A DNA stretch of 63,662 nt, counting the filler, from Octopus bimaculoides (taxonomy: Eukaryota), in NCBI RefSeq assembly GCF_001194135.2. It is 8 parts of 8 records of this genome, joined end to end, with 100 filler letters (N's around TTAATTAATTAA, not from the genome) between each part and the next. Parts side by side here need not be neighbours in the genome. Positions count along the whole stretch, not along the records: positions 55,365 to 58,864 come from NC_069010.1; positions 58,965 to 60,826 come from NW_026352334.1; positions 60,927 to 63,662 come from NC_068992.1; 5 more parts are not named here. One strand, written 5' to 3'. This document shows positions 58,849 to 63,662 of this stretch, one piece after another (the stretch's first letter is position 1; each line of letters starts with the position of its first letter). The position numbers were made by a program, and so were the translations under genes. The notes under the pieces are model-generated. The model ran no database searches. It saw only the letters and a program-made list of their open reading frames with translations, and had not been told where the DNA came from.

Positions 58849-60979
58849 CTGGCCGAAGCGAGCTNNNNNNNNNNNNNNNNNNNNNNNNNNNNNNNNNNNN
58901 NNNNNNNNTTAATTAATTAANNNNNNNNNNNNNNNNNNNNNNNNNNNNNNNNNNNNNNNNNNNNGTTTGCTATATAATGTAATATTATAGGTAACCGTAG
59001 GGACTTGTTGTCTTGTTATCAAGTGAAGTGTATTGAGACTTCTCATAACACTTATTTGTATGTCCGCATACACAGAAATATATATATACATACATACATA
59101 CAGGAGTGGGTGTGCGGTAAGTAGCTTGCATACCAACCACATGGTCCCGAGTTCAGTCCCACTGCGTGGCACTTTGAGCAAGTGTCTCCTACTATAGCCT
59201 CGGGTCGACCAAAGCCTTGTGAGTGTACATAAATGTCGATTTGACGGAGGAAGTGAGCCTATGTGTACAAACAAATCATCCGTGTGGTTGTTTGGCAAGG
59301 AATTACCGAACCTTCATACATCGTCTAACGACGGGACGAGTCCATATGAATAGAAAACCAACGAATGTTCCGTCCTGATTTTCCTGTCTGTCTTTGTATC
59401 ATCCATCTGTCCGTATGTTTTCCATTGTCGTCCGTTATGTTCTTGTTCCGTTTTATATATATATATATATNNNNNNNNNNNNNNNNNNNNNNNNNNNNNN
59501 NNNNNNNNNNNNNNNNNNNNNNNNNNNNNNNNNNNNNNNNNNNNNNNNNNNNNNNNNNNNNNNNNNNNNNNNNNNNNNNNNNNNNNNNNNNNNNNNNNNN
59601 NNNNNNNNNNNNNNNNNNNNNNNNNNNNNNNNNNNNNNNNNNNNNNNNNNNNNNNNNNNNNNNNNNNNNNNNNNNNNNNNNNNNNNNNNNNNNNNNNNNN
59701 NNNNNNNNNNNNNNNNNNNNNNNNNNNNNNNNNNNNNNNNNNNNNNNNNNNNNNNNNNNNNNNNNNNNNNNNNNNNNNNNNNNNNNNNNNNNNNNNNNNN
59801 NNNNNNNNNNNNNNNNNNNNNNNNNNNNNNNNNNNNNNNNNNNNNNNNNNNNNNNNNNNNNNNNNNNNNNNNNNNNNNNNNNNNNNNNNNNNNNNNNNNN
59901 NNNNNNNNNNNNNNNNNNNNNNNNNNNNNNNNNNNNNNNNNNNNNNNNNNNNNNNNNNNNNNNNNNNNNNNNNNNNNNNNNNNNNNNNNNNNNNNNNNNN
60001 NNNNNNNNNNNNNNNNNNNNNNNNNNNNNNNNNNNNNNNNNNNNNNNNNNNNNNNNNNNNNNNNNNNNNNNNNNNNNNNNNNNNNNNNNNNNNNNNNNNN
60101 NNNNNNNNNNNNNNNNNNNNNNNNNNNNNNNNNNNNNNNNNNNNNNNNNNNNNNNNNNNNNNNNNNNNNNNNNNNNNNNNNNNNNNNNNNNNNNNNNNNN
60201 NNNNNNNNNNNNNNNNNNNNNNNNNNNNNNNNNNNNNNNNNNNNTATATATATATATATACACACTGCTGTATCTGGAGTGAGTCATCCAAAAACGAAAT
60301 ATATATATATATATATATGTTACTTGAACTGTCCAAGAACAGCTCGATGTGCTGTAAAACACTGAATCGAAATTTAAAATACTGTGAGTGTGTGTGTGCG
60401 CGCGCACGTGTATTTAAGTCTTAAATCAGCTATATTCAAGGTTGTGCGACTCTACACTCCCTTCTGCTTTCTGTCAGTAAAGGGCGTAGCTACATAAAAC
60501 TATGCGTGCTGAAAGCATGGTGTATGAGCTAGGTGTTTCTTCTCGCGCCTCTTTAATTTGATGATGAAACTAGCTTCCAGAACATCAATAGAAGCTTGTT
60601 TTAAGGTGACGACACCTTATAGCGTCAAAGCATCTTCGGTAAGTGTCACCACTTTGACAAGTTTCTGTTAAAATTTTGGAAGCTTATTTCTACTGGTAGA
60701 AACACCAACCCTATTCACTCGTCTGTCATCTTACTTTCACTTATACTGTCACACTCTTTTGCTGACTCTTATAGTTGCAAAGTGGAGGCGCAATGGCCCA
60801 GTGGTTAGGGCAGCGGACTCGCGGTCNNNNNNNNNNNNNNNNNNNNNNNNNNNNNNNNNNNNNNNNNNNNTTAATTAATTAANNNNNNNNNNNNNNNNNN
60901 NNNNNNNNNNNNNNNNNNNNNNNNNNATAATAATAATAATAATAATAATAATTATAATTATTATTATTATTATTATTAA

Positions 60980-61037
<58 letters not shown>

Positions 61038-61219
61038 TGGGAGAGCAGCGCATGACAACAAAGTGACACTGGGATACAATTATACGAAGCCCAATATACC
61101 CATCATCACTACCCGTCTTAGAGGAGTACACCAGGCACAAGCATCACAACCATATTTGCGTGACATGGTGATAGTAAATCAAGATAAACTACGCAGGTGA
61201 GGTCCAGTTAAAATTTTCT

Positions 61220-61331
61220 TGCCTGGTATTGCATCAGGGCATTTCGAGTTACTGCCTGGTACTGCATCAGGGCATTTCGAGTTACTGCCTGGTATTGCAT
61301 CAGGGCATTTAGTGCCACTGCCTGGTATTGC
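61220..61331. repeat. 33-bp minisatellite (TGCCTGGTATTGCATCAGGGCATTTCGAGTTAC)x3.4
   Basis: units start at 61220, 61253, 61286 and 61319; resumes after a SINE at 61592. Confidence 0.9.
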
Positions 61332-61591
61332 GTGGAGGCGCGTGGCTCAGTGGTTAGGGCGTCAGCCTCATGATCATGAGATTATGGTTTCGATTTCTGG
61401 ACCGGGCGACGCGTTATGTTCTTGAGCAAAACACTTCATTTCATATTTTTCTCATCCAGTCAGCTGGCAAAAATGAGTAACGCTGCAATGGACTGGCGTC
61501 CCGTCAAGTTGGGGAACACATACGCCATTGAAACCTGGAAAACGGGCCCATGAGCCTGACTAGGCTTTAAAAGGGCGCATTTATTTATTTA
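61332..61591 (+). mobile_element. SINE family D with 11-bp target-site duplication
   Basis: tRNA-like head GTGGAGGCGCGTGGCTCAGTGGTTAGGGC; (TTTA)n tail; flanks CCTGGTATTGC / CCTAGTATTGC. Confidence 0.85.
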
Positions 61592-61854
61592 CCTAGTATT
61601 GCAGAAGGGCATTTCGAGTAACTGCTTTATTATTATTATTATTACTACTACTACTACTACGTTTGCATTTTTCTTCTTTAGAATTTCGCCATTCATAATA
61701 AATTTTGTTTTAACCGATGGTACGTTATTCTTCTTTAAGTCCTGATACCGATTCTACTGATAGCTTTTGATAATTTTCCCTAACAGTTAGCTAATACGTA
61801 CAGTATATATCACATTCAGAAACATGATACTGTGGTTTCCATCCCATAGAAAAT

Positions 61855-62160
61855 CCTATGTGAGTGGATTTGGTAATCGGAAACTGAAAGAAGCCCGTCG
61901 TATATATATGTGTGTATATATATATATATATGTTTGTGTGTGTATATGTTTCTGTCTGTGTTTGTCCCCCAACATCACTTGAAAACCGATGCTGGTGTGT
62001 TTACGTCCCCGTAACTTAGCGGTTCGGCAAAAGAGGAATGATAGAATAAGTACTTGGCTTACAAAGAATAAGTCTTGGGGTCGATTTGTTCGACTAAAGG
62101 CGGTGCTCCAGCATGGCCACAGTGAAATGACTGAAACAAGTAAAAGAGTAAAAGAGTAAA
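61855..62160 (+). mobile_element. Family-B SINE lacking the head
   Basis: direct match; (TAAAAGAG)n tail. Confidence 0.88.
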
Positions 62161-62235
62161 ATAATACCAATTTCAATAGCGGTCAGCATGCTTAAAAACG
62201 TCCGACGACCGTGAATTCTGTTTAAACTTAAACAA

Positions 62236-62507
62236 TATGAGAGACCACAATGTGGATCCCTTGTATGCTAAAAATAGACGTCAAACCGTCTTACCACTAA
62301 AGCTGTACTCTCAGCTTATTAAGATGCTAGATGTTTACGAGCTAGACAGGTGAAAAGAATTAAGTGCTATGTTTATTTCTTTGCATCTGTCTAGCTCGTA
62401 AATATCTTAATCGTAAACAGCTTACTAAGTTGAGATCACAGATTTAGTGGTAAGTCGGTTTGACGTCTATTTCTAGCATACAAGGGTCCACATAGTGGTC
62501 TCTCATA
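62236..62507. mobile_element. Foldback MITE with ~125-bp inverted arms
   Basis: TATGAGAGACCAC...GAGCTAGACAGGTG vs the rc of the right arm ...GTGGTCTCTCATA. Confidence 0.85.
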
Positions 62508-63344
62508 CTTTTTATATTTAAATAGATTGATTAAAATTTTAACGAATAAAAGAGACGTGACTCTGGATTTCCTTTTGTTATCTTTGTTTTTATTTCCCAC
62601 TTTTTGTTTTATTCTTCCACCATGACTCATTCAAATTTTGCATCCACGTTCTGTTTATTGTTTCGTGTTTTCTTATAGGCCAGTATCCTGTCAGTGTATG
62701 TGTGTGTGTGTATGTGTGTTTCTGAGCAAAACGGAATGTTTTTTTTTCTGTAGTTTCAGCTCAGAGCTGCGGCTATGCTAATGCACCGCCGTTTTGCTAT
62801 ACTGTTATTACTGAGAGCCTCCTCCAATATGTGACACTTGGTGAAGAATGGAGTTTGATGTAGTTACCCCACATTTACACCTCATGCCGTGAGCTAGGTT
62901 AATTTAGGACTCTCGACAGGAAGAGGTCCAGCTTTGATTTAAAAACGCCTATGACTACTCTGTGCAGGTTCCTCAGGCTCTTTGGGAGAATATTAAAAAA
63001 GCTGTGGACCCCTGAAACCCAGGCTGTTGCAGTAACTGGTCCTGAAGCGCGATGGCGTTGCTGGGATATTTGGCACTATGCAATGTCGTCCCGTTCTGGC
63101 ATTGGTATATATTACATATAGTAACTACACTTCGTTTGTTTGCTTTTTAAAGAAAAGCATGCTTATGAGAAGTTTTCCTCTCAGTCCAAAACCATGCCAA
63201 GACGCCACTCAACAGTGTATAAGTGTTATGCCTGACAGGCCATTGTATATGCATATATTTGTTTGTATGTGTATGTAGCGTGTACGTGTATCTATCTGAT
63301 CTCTTTGTCTCTCTCTATCTCTCTCTCTCTCTCTCTTTCTCTTT

Positions 63345-63662
63345 ATATACTCTTTTACTCTTTTACTTGTTTCAGTCATTTGACTGCGGCCATGCTGGAG
63401 CACCACCTTTAGTCGAGCAAATCGACCCCAGGACTTATTCTTTGGATGCCTAGTACTTATTCTATCGGTCTCTTTTGCCGAACCGCTAGGTTACGGGGAC
63501 GTAAACACACCAGCATCGGTTGTCAAACGATGTTGGGGGACAAACACAGACACACAAACATACACACACACACATATGTATATACATATATATACGACGG
63601 GCTTCTTTCAGTTTCCGTCTACCAAATCCACTCACAAGGCTTTGGTCGGCCCGGGGCTATAG
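63345..63662 (-). mobile_element. Family-B SINE, near-consensus, truncated by the window edge
   Basis: direct match. Confidence 0.9.

Noticed and set aside
956-60407. Long ORFs in the track (up to 468 aa) and poly-Tyr/Ile/Lys/His/Val/Met ORFs
   Set aside because: They are read-through of N gaps or translations of (TA)n, (CA)n, (TAG)n, (GAA)n and (CAT)n microsatellites.
6926-60882. TTAATTAATTAA islands inside N runs (6926, 15657, 37674, 52516, 55309, 58909, 60871)
   Set aside because: Each sits centred in an exactly 100-bp gap (44 N + 12 + 44 N) and gives stops in all six frames. This is a scaffolding linker, not biology.
52981-61331. CRISPR-like regularity of the 100/103-bp and 33-bp repeats
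   Set aside because: Units are contiguous with no unique spacers, the DNA is eukaryotic, and there are no cas genes.
345-61400. tRNA genes (A/B-box, TTCGA/TTCAA-containing segments)
   Set aside because: All are heads of multi-copy SINEs continuing into SINE bodies; none gives a complete cloverleaf with an acceptor stem.

Overview
AT-rich, microsatellite- and SINE-saturated animal genomic DNA with about 9.8 kb of N in 25 gaps. The repeat families and draft-assembly style point to an octopus (coleoid cephalopod); this is inference. Two spliced, convergent protein-coding genes can be rebuilt by hand, and the ORF track shows them only as fragments. (1) A stomatin/MEC-2 (band-7/SPFH) gene on + has six visible exons at 12656-15518 (73/83/204/56/79/204 bp); its 5' hairpin exon(s) are not visible. 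(2) An unnamed gene on - has ten visible exons at 51865-38132 and encodes the C-terminal half of a FYVE zinc finger followed by an Armadillo-repeat solenoid, an architecture I do not recognise among characterised human, fly or worm FYVE proteins. One of its introns has a 447-nt AG-free zone made of a (GAT)n microsatellite between the polypyrimidine tract and the 3' splice site. The rest consists of tRNA-derived SINEs of at least 5 families, decayed LINEs (CR1-like, RTE, RLE-type), two mariner relics, piggyBac-type and foldback MITEs, a MITE-derived higher-order tandem array, and microsatellites. I found no rRNA, true tRNA gene or CRISPR array.
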